Source: Antedon mediterranea | Lineage: Eukaryota > Animalia > Echinodermata | Length of the DNA stretch: 64,000 nucleotides | Assembly: GCF_964355755.1 (NCBI RefSeq) | Contig: NC_092675.1 | Span: forward strand, 11,031,812 to 11,095,811 | Direction: 5' to 3' | In this document: positions 25,677 through 38,020 of the stretch, piece by piece | Numbering within the stretch: position 1 is the first letter of the stretch | How the letters are laid out: each line of letters opens with the position of its first letter | The notes under the pieces: generated by a model | The model's input: the letters and a program-made list of their open reading frames with translations, nothing else | The model's database searches: none | Told to the model about the DNA's origin: nothing | Translations under genes and position numbers: made by a program

Positions 25677-27303
25677 CAGGGGTGGCGCCAGGATCTTCCC
25701 GACGCGGGGGCTACATTCCCCGACGAGGGGGCTATGCGAGCGAAGCGAGCATCACTAGGCTGGGGGCCAGGGGGGCCGCCAAGGGCCCCCGGTGGGGTCC
25801 AGGGGGCGAAGCCATCGGAAGCAACGCGTTCTAGCGTCATTTGAGGTCATTTTAATCAGATTTAGGGTAGCCATTTTTTCCATTTTTTACAATGCATAGG
25901 CCTAAATAAAATACTGCGTGCAAAAAAACGATGCGCGATGACTGTTTCAATCCATATTTTTCAATTTAAAAAATAAAAGTTCAAAGAAAATTTAGAAAAA
26001 TAGAGTTGGAGGTCCCGGAAGTTGGACTTATTATACTTCAAAACATGAAACAAAATATATAAGTCCCTATCAAGGTTGTGACTGAGCTAAGAAATGTTTG
26101 AAAAATAGAGATGTTAGGTCCCGGAAAATGGACTTCTTGTACTTCGAAATATGACCAGCTTTATTGTTGGGGCTGAGCTAAGAAACTGTTTAAAACTAGA
26201 GCTGCAGGTCTTCAAAAAATTGCATTTTATACTTCGGAAACATCAGGCCTAGAGGCTTAAAAAACGCAAGCGTAGACCTTTTTCAGTCGGGGAAATAAGT
26301 TTATTCCTCCCAAGTGTATGCGTGCGTACCATCTGGACTTCCGAGTGGTGAGAAATTCATGACATACAGGACATTGAAAATGTAATAACTTAGCTATAAT
26401 AAGATGTTGGCTAAGCGAAAATGGCATGTTTTTTTGTTTAGTAATGGATGAAAAAATTATTTTAGGTTCCCCACGGTACAGAAGGTTACTTGTAAATTAA
26501 AAAAATTGGTGAATATACGAACAATTAACGTAATTCGTTTTTGCTGTAGTGTAGCGTACGTCGACGCAGTACACGACGTAACCGTCAGTAAACTTCGCCT
26601 GGAAAATAACTACAGTACACATTTTGGTCCCTCTGGATGGAACATGATATCACGCGTCTCGACCCAACGTTGAACGATTCGTACAAAGGGATACCGCCAG
26701 ACAAGTGCGAACCTAGCTATTGTTTAGTAGTAAGTTAGATCGCTGGCAATAATGAATGCATATATAGTGCATAATATCACTCTGACGTACTCTCACGGTC
26801 AATGAAACGTCGCGGTTTTCTAGGCGCTGAAGCTAGCTACGAAGTGAACGCGAACGCTTTTTACTGTATATTATATTCCCCAACAAAAAGTACCCGTGTT
26901 CCCTTCGGTAACCGTCGGTAAACTTCGCCTGGAAAATAACTACAGTACACATTTTGGTCCCTGGATGGAACTTGATATCACGCGTCTCGACCCTACGTTG
27001 AACGATTCGTACAAAGGGATACCGCCAGACAAGTGCGTACCTAGCTAATGTTTAGTAGTAAGTTAGATCGCTGGCAATAAATGAATGCATAAAAGTGCAT
27101 AATAGCTCTCTGACGTCGTACTCTCACGGTCAATGGAACGTCGTGGTTTTCTAGGCGCTGAAGCTATATGAAGTGAACGCGAACGTTTTTTACTGTATAT
27201 TATATTCCCCGACAAAAAGTACCCGTGTTCCCCGACGGGGGGGCTAGGCTCCCCGACGAGGGGGCTAGAGCCCCCGTAGCCCCCCCCGCTGGCGCCACCA
27301 CTG
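25677..27303. mobile_element. Non-autonomous hAT element with an internal 330-bp tandem duplication
   Basis: TIRs CAGGGGTGGCGCCAG / CTGGCGCCACCACTG. 8-bp TSD GACCAGAG at 25669-25676 and 27304-27311. Duplicated units start at 26578 and 26908. Confidence 0.95.
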
Positions 27304-27346
27304 GACCAGAGGAACATCAAATGTATGGAGATTCTACAAAAACTGT

Positions 27347-29062
27347 GTGCAAAATCAAATCAAATCGTGCAAAAAACAATATTACAAAGAAAATATTAGT
27401 AATCTAAAATCATCTGACTCGAAAAAATGGCGCCAAGGTATCAAACTACTTTCAAATAAGCTTAAACCACAACCTACCATTTGTGCCCCAGGTGTTCCGT
27501 TAGATAATTTGGTTGGCACGAGCAATGCTATCAACTCCTTCTTTGGTGACATAGCACGCAGCAGACCCCCTATCGCCTTAAACAAATTACCATCATTTCT
27601 ACCTGCACAACAGCCGCCTTGTGTGTCGGAGTGGGAGATGTATCTAGAACTTAAGAAAGTGAAGGTTGGAAAATCTCCTGGACCCGACAATATTCCAAAT
27701 AAAATCTTGAAGGAATTTGCATGTGAGATTAGCCAACCAATAACGCATATTTTCAACACATCCTTAAGCAAAGGCATTGTCCCCGGCTTGTGGAAGGATG
27801 CCGTAGTTGCCCCAATCGCAAAGGAGAAGAACAAAAGTATTGTGAATGTAAATAAATTGCGCCCCATATCTCTAACTTGCACTCTTGCTAAGATAGCAGA
27901 GGGATTCGCATCCCGCTGGTTAATTTCGGACATTCATAAGAATATTGATAAGCGACAATTTGGTAGCCAAAAAGGTTGCTCTACCAGCCATTATTTAATT
28001 GATTTATTAAATGTATTTTTTTCTGGTAGTAATACACCTAAGTCCTTGGGGAGGTTGGTTTTGACCGACTTCTCCAAGGCCTTTGACAGTGTGGACCACA
28101 CTATTGCTGTGAGCAAGCTAGTTAAATTAGGATATAGACCAGAAATCATAAGTTTTGTTTCAGAACGTACACAAAAAGTGAGGTATAACTCTGTCTTGTC
28201 TAATAGTGTTCAATTAAACTGTGGTGTTCCCCAAGGAACCCGACTAGGACCCATCATTTTCCTTGCAATAATAAATGATGCACTGTTGAATAGTGATCTA
28301 AAAGTATGTAAATACGTTGATGATTTATGTATCGGTGAAGTGGTTAAAAGAAACAATTCTTCTAATATCCAACAAACAGTTAAGGATTTTTGTATATGGT
28401 CAAATGAAAATAAACTCAATCTTAATGTTGATAAATGTAAAATGATGTACTTTTCGTTTCAAAAAGTACTTCCAGTCATTGATCCCATTGTAATTGACGA
28501 CCGACAACTAGAATGTGTCACAGAAGTGAATATCTTAGGTGTCTGGGTCCAAAACAACCTTAAATGGGATAAAAATGTTAGTGAAATCATCTTAAAAAGT
28601 AGTAGAAAACTTCATATGTTATGTCGTCTAAAAAAATTCAGAGTCCCTGTAGAAGATCTAGTAGCGGCTTATACTGGCTACATTAGATCTACCCTTGAAT
28701 ATGCGGCACAAGTGTGGCATTCAGGTATAACTAACGAACAGAGCAATGCCATTGAGAAAATACAGAAGAGAGCATTCCGAATCATCCTAGGCCATAAATA
28801 TATAGATTATCCCCACGCATTGCATAACCTTAACCTCCTAACTTTATCAGAACGTAGAACAAAGCTGTGCCTTAAACTTGCCAAAACTTGCGCAAAAGAC
28901 GATCGCTTTTCATGGTGGTTCAATAAAAATAACACAGCTCACAATATGGTTCTTCGAAATCCAAAAAAATATGTTGAGCCATTAGCCAAAGTCAACTGTT
29001 ATCATAATAGTGCAATCCCATATTTTACCAGAATTTTAAATAAAAATAATAATAATATATAA
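27347..29062 (+). CDS. LINE reverse transcriptase (3' portion of ORF2)
   Basis: KSPGPDNIP, LRPISLT, QFGSQKG, DFSKAFD, GVPQGTRLGP, YVDD. In frame with 25013-25676 once the MITE and one TSD are removed. Confidence 0.9.
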   Translation: MQNQIKSCKKQYYKENISNLKSSDSKKWRQGIKLLSNKLKPQPTICAPGVPLDNLVGTSNAINSFFGDIARSRPPIALNKLPSFLPAQQPPCVSEWEMYLELKKVKVGKSPGPDNIPNKILKEFACEISQPITHIFNTSLSKGIVPGLWKDAVVAPIAKEKNKSIVNVNKLRPISLTCTLAKIAEGFASRWLISDIHKNIDKRQFGSQKGCSTSHYLIDLLNVFFSGSNTPKSLGRLVLTDFSKAFDSVDHTIAVSKLVKLGYRPEIISFVSERTQKVRYNSVLSNSVQLNCGVPQGTRLGPIIFLAIINDALLNSDLKVCKYVDDLCIGEVVKRNNSSNIQQTVKDFCIWSNENKLNLNVDKCKMMYFSFQKVLPVIDPIVIDDRQLECVTEVNILGVWVQNNLKWDKNVSEIILKSSRKLHMLCRLKKFRVPVEDLVAAYTGYIRSTLEYAAQVWHSGITNEQSNAIEKIQKRAFRIILGHKYIDYPHALHNLNLLTLSERRTKLCLKLAKTCAKDDRFSWWFNKNNTAHNMVLRNPKKYVEPLAKVNCYHNSAIPYFTRILNKNNNNI

Positions 29063-29161
29063 AGAGTTAACAATTTCAGCAGCAACATCTGTTGGCTCCC
29101 TTGTGTTTTTTAGTGAATTTTTATACTATTTTAATGTTTTTAATGAATTGTTAATCAGTTG

Positions 29162-29192
<31 letters not shown>

Positions 29193-29777
29193 TTAAGTGC
29201 ATATCCGTACCGTAATTTTTATACATAGTAATTTAAAGATTTTTCTTGAACCATATATTTTTATATCTAATTGGTAAATTTGTTGTTGTCTTTATATGTG
29301 TATATTGATCTGTGCAATTTTTATTGTTATGTAAATCCCAAGCAATTCAGTTTCTTTTCTCTGTGATTTGTGGATATATTAAAATAAATAAAATAAATAA
29401 AAAAAACCATTTGGGCGTGGCCCTAAAATGTTGCTGTTTGGCGCCCCGTACAGGATAAAGTTGCTGTCATTGGTGATGAAATCATTAGTAGCCCACTGCG
29501 AATGATATCCAAAAAAGTTTATCCTTGTATCGCTTCACATGAATAAATGCATTTTTACCCCCCTATGTTATGATCCCCACAGGCCCCATGTACAGGCTGT
29601 GACCCGGCAACAATGTCGAATATTGCATCTCGCCCTAATACGCACCTAACTACATCATCAAACCTTTTGTATCTAATATGTGATACACTGGCTCTAAATG
29701 TGATAAATGGCCACACCCTACGGAAAAATTATTAAAAAAATAAATGACACATAATAAAATGAAATTTTTATTTCTAG

Positions 29778-30009
29778 CATTTCTCAGGATAGCCCATTGT
29801 CAAAACAATGTACGTTCTGTGCTCACAACATTGAAAACCATCGACCAAAAATGGAGACCGATGTTTTAATCCTATCAATACTACAAGCAAAGAAGTCTGT
29901 TAGATGTCAGAAATCATTAGAGACAAACAAACTTGGAAAGGTTAATGGGTATGATATGAAAGACTGGTTTGAAGCAGTTAATGTTGATCCAGATGAGAGA
30001 CAGGATGTG
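29778..30009 (+). CDS. Cys/His-repeat + WD40 gene, exon completing repeat 2
   Basis: ttctag|, phase 2 matches the exon ending at 14387. (S)ISQDSPLSKQCTFCAHNIENHRPKMETDV...ERQDV, donor |gtgatt. Confidence 0.8.
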
Positions 30010-30179
30010 GTGATTTTTTTTTCTTGTTTTGAAATAGAAAAGTAGATTCAATAGACCGCATATCCACTAAGGTGTGCCAACCTCAGCATGCTTACCATAC
30101 AGGCTTCTTCGATGAGGAAGGAACTATGTTTTTATTTGTCGATGGTGAATCATGACACCTTATTGCATTACAAATCAAG

Positions 30180-30295
30180 TATTAGTGTTGGACTACTGAT
30201 TTGACGTTATTTTGAATCCAACACTCCTTTCATTGCTTGTATTCTTAGGCAAGACACTTTACTTTCGTTTGCCTCTCTTCACCCAGGTGTGTCCA
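30180..30295 (+). mobile_element. Degenerate CORE-type SINE fragment
   Basis: TTCTTAGGCAAGACACTTTAC...TGCCTCTCTTCACCCAGGTG resembles the CORE domain. Confidence 0.5.
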
Positions 30296-30461
30296 TTTGA
30301 CCCAAAAATAAAAAGAGAGAAGTTAATAGTGGAGACTTTAAATGCCCAAATGTGACTATGCCTGTAACCACCCCCCCCCCCCCCCCACCTCTGACTGATA
30401 TTATAAGATTCTAATGTCAAGAATATGGTGCAACCGGTATTTTATTCTCTTTACATTTCAG

Positions 30462-30541
30462 AGTGGTGTTCTTAACTGTTATTGCAGAGGTTTCACAGTT
30501 GATGACCCGGCCAGAGTTTGTCACACATATTATGGCTTAAT
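30462..30541 (+). CDS. Cys/His-repeat + WD40 gene, exon (SGVLNCYCRGFTVDDPARVCHTYYGL)
   Basis: tttcag| ... |gtaagt, phase 0 to 2. Carries the CxCxxF half of repeat 3. Confidence 0.8.
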
Positions 30542-30829
30542 GTAAGTCAACTTATTCAATTTTTCAATGGATGACATACATCATTAAGGATTTTGCAATT
30601 ACCTAAACCATGGACTCAATTCTTGTATAAATATATATATTAATTTTAAGTGGAGAGTATTTCAACATGGCAATCCCTTTTTCAATCACGAGTTAATTTT
30701 CCCAAGCTTTTGAAGTCTTTTTGCTCAACTTTTTATAAATTGGTTTTTTAAATCATTTTCAAATCATGTTTTCTCTTAAATTCTTAATAAATATAAATAT
30801 TAAAAATAAATATGAATATAAATCTATAT

Positions 30830-33105
30830 AAATATACCTAATAGAGTACTAACTAAAGACCCCATCATTATTTCTAAAGCATTTAATAATTTTTTTGTAG
30901 AAATCAGACCCTCCCTTGCAAACAAAATCCCTCCCAGCAATGTTTCTTTCAAAGACTTTCTTCCACAACCAAATCCGAAATCAATTTTCTTAACCCCCGT
31001 CCTAGAAGATGAGGTCATAAAAATTATGTCCTCCTTCGATAACAATAACAATAAAATAATTTAGTGGAGTTGTGGCTTGGTGGTTATGATGCTTGGCTAC
31101 CACTCCAAGGGTCCTGGGTTCAAGTCCCGTCACATGTCAGGATTTTTTCTAAGGACCAAATTACAACTCCACTCCCAAAGACTTGTAATAAGACTTTGTT
31201 TATGTAGAGCATCTTGTGTATATGTTTGTCTTGTGAACCTCTGAGGGTCCCTAATGATCAGCATTAGCTGGATGGATCACCCTCATTAAATATGGTTTAA
31301 AAAAAAAATAAATACTGATGATTTCCATACTAAAGCCATTAAACATGTTATCAACCGTATCTCCCTTCCCTTGTGTCACATTTTTAATCTTGTCCTCTGC
31401 AAAGGTGTTTTTCCAAATAGGTTGAAGCTGGCTCCAAATCCAACCTTTCTAACTATCGTCCTATTTCCATCCTGTCAATCTTTTCGAAAGCCTTGGAAGG
31501 AGTTAATCTATGATAAAACATTTTCATTTATCAGTAAAAATTCTCTTCATGGCTTTGATCGATCTCACTAACAACATTATTCATGCTTTCGAAAATCGTC
31601 AATTTGGAATCAGACTTTTTATCGACCTTTCCAAGGCTTTAGACAACATTGATCATAATATTCTACGCTTTAAACGTTTTCAAAAGCTATCTCACTAACC
31701 GCTCCTAATGCACTAAATATTTTAACTCTATTTCCAATTTTTGCCCTATCACCTGTGGCGTCCCCCAGGGCTACTTACTTGACCCTCTCCTGTTCACCCT
31801 TTACATTGATGATATCCACCGTACCTCACACCTGATAAATTTTTTTAATACGCTGATGACACTACAGTTTTTCATGCCAACAAAAATATTTAAACTCTTT
31901 TTGACATCTTTAATACCAACTTTATCCCTTGTCCCAGTATTTTGCTGCAACAAACTCTCCCTCAATCATAAAAAATGTACCTACATCCTATTTGGAACCC
32001 CACAGTTGACTAGAGTTATTGTTGATAATAGATATTATTGATAATAATGAAATCCCCTCTGTAAAGTCTATGAAATTTCTTGACGTACCATCGACAACTG
32101 TCTCTCATGGAAACCGCATATCCAGGAGACTGAGATCATGGTGTCAAAGAACCTTGGGATCATTTCTAGGCTATCTTCCTTCCTCCCAACTAATATTCTC
32201 AGAACCCTTTATTGAACTCTCATTCATCCTTTAATTTGAGCTATGGTAATATTGTCTGGGCCAACACTTACCCAACAAACATCAATAAACTTTCTATACT
32301 ACAAAAAAAAAAGCTATCAGGACTATATCTGGCACTCATCCACTGTTGCATTTCTACCATTTATTCTCCAAACTCAATCTTCTCAAATCTCTGACATTAA
32401 CCTATCCCAGCAAGGTGTTTTTGTTTTTTCAGCTACTCACTCACTTCTCCCTTGCTATCTTAACGACCTTTCGCTTTTCGCTCCCAATAATAACGTTCAT
32501 AAATATGACACCAGAACCAAACATTATATATTCCCAACACCAACTATTTTCAACAGATATTCTGGACCACTCTATTGTTTAACAATTTACCCCTCTCAAT
32601 TTCTTGTGCTGCCACCCGCTATTCATTCAATAAGAAGATAAATTACTACTAAATTGATCTGTTTGATAAGGTCGTTGTTTCATGTTCTGTGACTTGCTAG
32701 ATTGTATTATTCATTTTGTCTTCATATTCGCTGCAGCTGTACTTTTATCATTCATTTTGTCTTCATATTTGCTCTATGCCATGCAGCTGTACTTTTTTTC
32801 TGTTCATCATTTTTTCAAACTGTTATCTACTGGTATTTTATATTCTTTTTTTTTATTTCACTATTGTTAAATTAATTTAACTTTATTTGTATTTGTTTTT
32901 TTCATAATTTTCTATTTACAAGTAATTTGTAAAGGCAATCCTGTCTCAAGATTCTCATCTTTTCTCGGATCTGCCTTCGTCCATTTTTTTATTATCTCTT
33001 GCCATCGTTGTTTTTTGTTATCTCAGGGAGTTTATAACAACTCCCTGGTTATCTTTTGTCTTTTAGACGTTAATAAATGTTCTTTGAATGAATGAATAAA
33101 TGAAA
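30830..33105 (+). pseudogene. Decayed 5'-truncated Crack/L2-group LINE (RT remnant)
   Basis: Fragments NYRPISIL, FIDLSKALDNIDH, CGVPQG, YADD-like, NKLSLN. (TGAA)n tail at about 33085. Many frameshifts. Confidence 0.8.
31063..31313 (+). mobile_element. tRNA-derived SINE inserted in the decayed LINE
   Basis: A box TGGCTTGGTGG, B box GGTTCAAGTCC, 3' stem-loop GAGGGTCCC...ACCCTC, A-rich tail. Confidence 0.85.
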
Positions 33106-33622
33106 AGTACATGTACTTAAGAATTTACTGGCTCATTTATGCTGTATTACAGCCTTTATTTCCACATATATATCTAGCCTCTATCTCTAGCCTCTACTTT
33201 ACGTTTTTAGTACACCACAGCATTTTACTCAGTGAGCCAAACCATGATTTACGAAAATCATTCGGTTCAAACGATGGGTGTAATTAATTAAAACTTCAAC
33301 GACTCTATCATTCGATACGGTTCACTGGCTGCCGAGACTAAACACTGTTTTTGGCAGCATATTTGTAGACCAGGCCATGGCGGTACACAGCAGTGGAGGT
33401 TGCGTAGTAACAACTCACTAAACATGTCAAATTACTGTTATTTTTTGCCTTTTTTTAGTCTTTATCATTAAAATTCAGGAAAGTGATAATCCTATCATGT
33501 GCTGCCCCTCAATAAACATCAGTGTGACAAATGTGAGCATGTACCATTCAGTGGCTTTGGAGGAGTAAAATTATGCATACAATTTAGTAGCATTAATATA
33601 TAAACACTTTTTGTATATGCAG

Positions 33623-33722
33623 GAAAGAGATTGTACTTCCCCATTTATCTACAATAAACTGCCAAAGATGTTCTCATGATTTCTCTAATCACAGACAACT
33701 TGAAAAAGAAGAGCAAAGAGAA
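33623..33722 (+). CDS. Cys/His-repeat + WD40 gene, exon completing repeat 3
   Basis: tgcag| ... |gtaggt. KEIVLPHLSTINCQRCSHDFSNHRQLEKEEQRE, phase 2 to 0. Confidence 0.8.
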
Positions 33723-34207
33723 GTAGGTGTTTTATTTAGCAATTAGTATCCATCTGTGGCTTTAGTTTACAATACGTTAACCTGAATATGTCAATTTGTT
33801 TTAGGATGACACATTTTATGCATTCAGATGCCAAAAGTGTCTTTATATTTGTTCTAAGAAATGTCCTAATAGACCTATAAAATTACTTTCAATTCAATTC
33901 AATTTCAATTCAATTTCTTTTTTATTTCTGAAATATCATCCATATTAATAAACTTATTAACAGAAAAAGAAAAATCTAAACTTAAGTATAAAGAATGCTT
34001 TTCTTTCTAATCATATTTTTATAAAATAAAATGTATACCAGAAATTGACCTAATTTACTTAATAAATTACCCCGATCCCAACTTTCAACTGCCCTTTTCT
34101 AGATATAGGCGACCAGATATGAAGACAGCATTGCTGTTTACATATACATGTATGTTAACTGCACCACAAAAATGCTGCGTTTTCAATTGATTATATTTAC
34201 TTTACAG

Positions 34208-34327
34208 AAAGAAATAGAGAATGAAAGGAAGCTAAGATTATTGTCAATGAATAAGATAAGAATTGCTACAAAAGACATGCGACACCCAGTAGCCATGTTC
34301 ACACCAGATGATATCTTGCCTGAAATG
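34208..34327 (+). CDS. Cys/His-repeat + WD40 gene, exon
   Basis: tttacag| ... |gtaatt. 120 nt, phase 0 to 0. KEIENERKLRLLSMNKIRIATKDMRHPVAMFTPDDILPEM. Confidence 0.75.
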
Positions 34328-36719
34328 GTAATTTTATTTCTAAATGTTTTCAAACGCAAAATGGAAAGTGTGAACCTACAGAATGTATAATTTTAGGTAT
34401 TAGGTGATTATATGGTCATTTTGAAATTTTATTTGTGACTGAAATTTAATAACTTTTTGAACTTTTTTCAGTATTAAAGTAAACAATTAATTATAATAAT
34501 AATATTAATATATATAATATAATATTGGTGTTTACCATCTGGTAGTCATAATGCAAACCTATTATTATTTCACTAATTAGTTATCCGCACCTTGTGATTG
34601 TATGAGATCATCATCAACATTTTTTTTTTCTGTATTATTTTTCTTTCCACCCTAATTTTGTGTTTCGTGTTTCCCTAAAACGTGTAAATAGAACATATCG
34701 ATTTTTACGCGAAGTTATGCACTTCCTATTTTTGAAAAACGTCTGAGTTGCACAATAAAACTGATGTGCGATTTTTTTCATGGCATGGCAAAAGTGTGAA
34801 TAATGTGGGTCACTTATTTATTATTATTATTATTATTATTTTATTTATATAGCGCTTTTCCAAATTAGTATAAAATGATCAAAGCGCTTTACATCAGCAC
34901 ACCCAACAATGAGTCACTTCTTAGGAAATAGATGTGTTTTGAGGGTTTTTTTAAATTTTAAAACCGTGGTTTGTTCCCGGATCACAGACGGGAGTTCGTT
35001 CCACATCACCGGTCCAAATTTTGAGAAAGTATTATTTCCAGAGGTCCGCTTTTCGAGACAGTGATCCAATCTAGTGTGATCTATCTCGGACCTCAGGCCT
35101 CTCTTAGCACATCTATACACCCGTAAGAGATTGCTCAGATAACAGGGCGCATTATTATTTATACAATTGTAGACATGAAGTAACACTTTAAAAGTGATTC
35201 TACTTTCAACAGGTAGCCAATGCAATTCATAAAGCAGAGGTCTAGAACTAACAAACATAGGTACTTGGTAAATTAACCTGGCAGCCCGGTTCTGAAGCTT
35301 TTGTAATCTCAAAATGTTATGTTTGGACATTCCAACAAATAGTGAGTTACAATAATCTAACCTGGATAGAATTAGTGACCTCAAAGCCTCGGTACACGTT
35401 TTTTTGTCTAAAAAATTTTTTATTCTACGCAATGCCCTTAAGAAAAAATTTACAGTACGGCAGACATTATCAATGTGGGGTGTCATACGAAGAAAAACAT
35501 CAAACACCACACCAAGATTTCTAACTGTGTTGGAGGGTTTAACAATAATTTCACCAATATTCAGTTGAATATTTCTATTACTAATGTCGACTTTTGGTGG
35601 AGTTAAAACTAATAACTCTGTTTTTGATTCATTAAGTTTAAGTTGATTTCTGTACATCCAAATACTAAGATCATTAATACATTTAGTAATTCTATAAATG
35701 GCAACTTCGAGATCCCCTGGCACTTTAGGGTTAAAGCTGGTATACAATTGAGTGTCATCTGCGTATAATGTCAGCAATAGGTTTAATGTAAGTGGTAAAA
35801 AGTGGGGGACTAATTGTGGACCCTTGTGGGACACCAGAGCTAAGATGAAATTTACTTGATTCAGATCCATTTAAAGTGACTTTACAATATCTGTCTTCGA
35901 CGTATGTTTTAATCCAGTTACTAGCATTTCCTATTACCCCATAGTTATCTTTAAGTCTGTTTACAAGTATATGGTGATCTACCGTGTCTAAGGCTGCGGA
36001 TAAATCTAGAAGTACCAGTATCACCACACGACCCTTAGAGAATTCCTGCAGGATATCAGTTTTAAGCTTTAACAGTGCTGTCTCTGTACTAAATTTGGGT
36101 TTGTAAGCAGATTGTAACGGCTCCATGAGGTCGTTTTCAATACAATAATTATTAAAAGCACTCAAGACTGGCCTTTCAATTAGTTTTCCAAGAGTTGGCA
36201 AATTTGAGACAGGTCGAAAATTTGCCAAAACATTTTGGTCAAGTGAGGGTTTTTTAATGATAGGTGTTACAGCACCTATTCTTAGACTTTGTGGAAAAAC
36301 ACCCGATGTGTATGAACTATTTGCAATGTGCGTAAAAACAGGGGAGATCACCTGAGTACATTTCTTAAGCAGCCATGTAGGCGTAGGGTCTAATGGACTG
36401 GACTTGTTAGGAATTTTATTAATTATTTCAAACATGTCATCAGTCTTAACTAATGGGAACGTTGTAAGACTACAATCAGTTTCAGGAATAAATGTCTGCT
36501 CCACAGGCAAGGTGACTATACCACTACTGTAAGTTTCAACTAGACGATCATCAATAAAAGCCTTAATATTTACAACTTTGTCTCTAAAATAATTAGCAAA
36601 ATCTTGACATAAAACCTTGTTTGAATGGTACGTAGGAATACTACTCTTAGATTTACCTAACAGTTTATACAGTGCATTATACATTTCTTTGGGTCTAGAG
36701 TTTACAAAAATAGATTTAA

Positions 36720-37315
36720 AGGCCAGGTGCGGGCAAAAAATTACTATTGATCATACATTCCAATAATTATCGATCTATAGTTTCCCCTATGTTTCATAAT
36801 TTTTGGGATTTTATTTGTGTTACACAAGCTTGTTGAAAATAAGCACTTTTTAATCAGTGGGAGGATAGTTCAAATTACACAGTAAAATCTCTATTCTTTT
36901 GTACACTAATTTTTTTATTAGAGAGGCATTTTAAAAAGCTATGAAAAATAAACAGTGTGGTAAAAAATGTTATCAGATGACTAAATATAGGTAATATAAC
37001 TTGAATTTTACATTTGTGGTATTTTTATTCAACTTCAGATTTTTATTTTCATGCTATAGCAAAAATTATCCACCATATATCCACCATCTTTTTTCACCTT
37101 CTAGGGAGTCACCAGACATGTTATTACATTAGGTTAAACTACCTAACTACTGAAAAAAAGTCTTTCTGGTTTTTATGGCAGAATTTGGCAAAATTTTGTA
37201 TTTGACCATATTAAGCAAAATTCATGTTTTTTCGTTCTTGATTTCTGTTACTAATATTTGATTTATGTACAATTAATCAAATATTATATTTAAAATTCAT
37301 GCCTGTACCTGAGCT
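36720..37315. mobile_element. Non-autonomous Kolobok-like element in L2 ORF2
   Basis: TTAA TSD at 36716-36719 and 37316-37319. Imperfect TIRs AGGCCAGGTGCGGGCA / TGCCTGTACCTGAGCT. Removal restores KTTYFKSIFVNSRPKEMYNAL. Confidence 0.85.
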
Positions 37316-37737
37316 TTAAAATATGTCGTTTTTTCCTTAATTACAATTAGATTGCATACAAGTTTTTGTTGCGCATAAAAAATAGCCTTATCTATGTTGC
37401 TCTTAGTCTTTCTCCATCTATGTTCAAGTCCTCGTCTGATAAGTCGCTCGCTGTCAATCTTATCCGTGTACCAGCTTGGCTTGCTAACAAATTTGCGCAC
37501 ACATGTTTTCACTGGGCAGATATCGTCAAGAATCGATCTAACAGCATTATCGTACATTATGGCTTGCTTGTCAGGGTCGTCTAATTGGAAGATTACAGCA
37601 AGTTTGTCTTTAAGCAAAAGTTGAAATGAGTCCATGTCTAAGTTTCTAAAAGAGCGTGATTTACGAATTATTTTAGACTGATCTTGTTTATCATAGTCAA
37701 GCGCGACTTTCACGATATGGTGATCTGAACCGTAATC

Positions 37738-38020
37738 ACGTAGCCATAACATCGGCAGGGGTTCGAGGCTCACTCACTCCATGGTTCTGGTGGTAGAACG
37801 AGTCTTCTCGGATAAGGACTATAAACCGTAGGTCCAGTGTACACAACTTGCCCGTGTGCACTTTAAAGAACCTAGTACATCTTTCGAGACGAGTAGGGGG
37901 TTACCCCGGTGTATTAGTACATCATAGCCACTGATCACCAACTGGGCCCTCTGGGAGATCAGTCTTTGACTGAAGGGGTCACCCAGTATAAAGATAAAAA
38001 AAAAAAAAAAAAAAAAAAAA
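37738..38020 (+). mobile_element. 5'-truncated Deu/Nin-domain SINE inserted antisense into L2 ORF2
   Basis: B-box remnant GGTTCGAGGCT. Central CTCGGATAAGGACTATAAACCGTAGGTCC...TTAAAGAACC...TTCGAGACGAGTAGGGGGTTACCCCGGTGT. Stem-loop tail and poly(A). Splits the APE motif PHRYGSDHH. Confidence 0.85.

Larger units (their letters stand above)
24177..29406 (+). mobile_element. Near full-length single-ORF CR1-superfamily LINE (APE endonuclease + RT), interrupted by a hAT MITE
   Basis: APE motifs ITETW, GGGVAIY, GDLN, LDLI, SDHN. RT motifs DFSKAFD, GVPQG, YVDD. A-rich (AAAT)n tail. Inserted at AATAAA within the Academ TIR. Confidence 0.92.
17062..29673 (-). mobile_element. Decayed Academ (AcademX-type) DNA transposon with long TIRs and nested insertions
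   Basis: Left arm 17062-17330 is the reverse complement of 24145-24176 plus 29407-29673. The interior carries transposase/XPG-nuclease remnants. Confidence 0.8.

Noticed and set aside
27382-27933. 183-aa minus-strand ORF and similar antisense ORFs over LINE, Academ and Gypsy coding regions
   Set aside because: These are shadow ORFs opposite real transposon reading frames, with no independent motifs.
31063-31135. tRNA gene
   Set aside because: It has A and B boxes but no proper acceptor stem, and it continues into a body and A-rich tail, so it is a SINE head.
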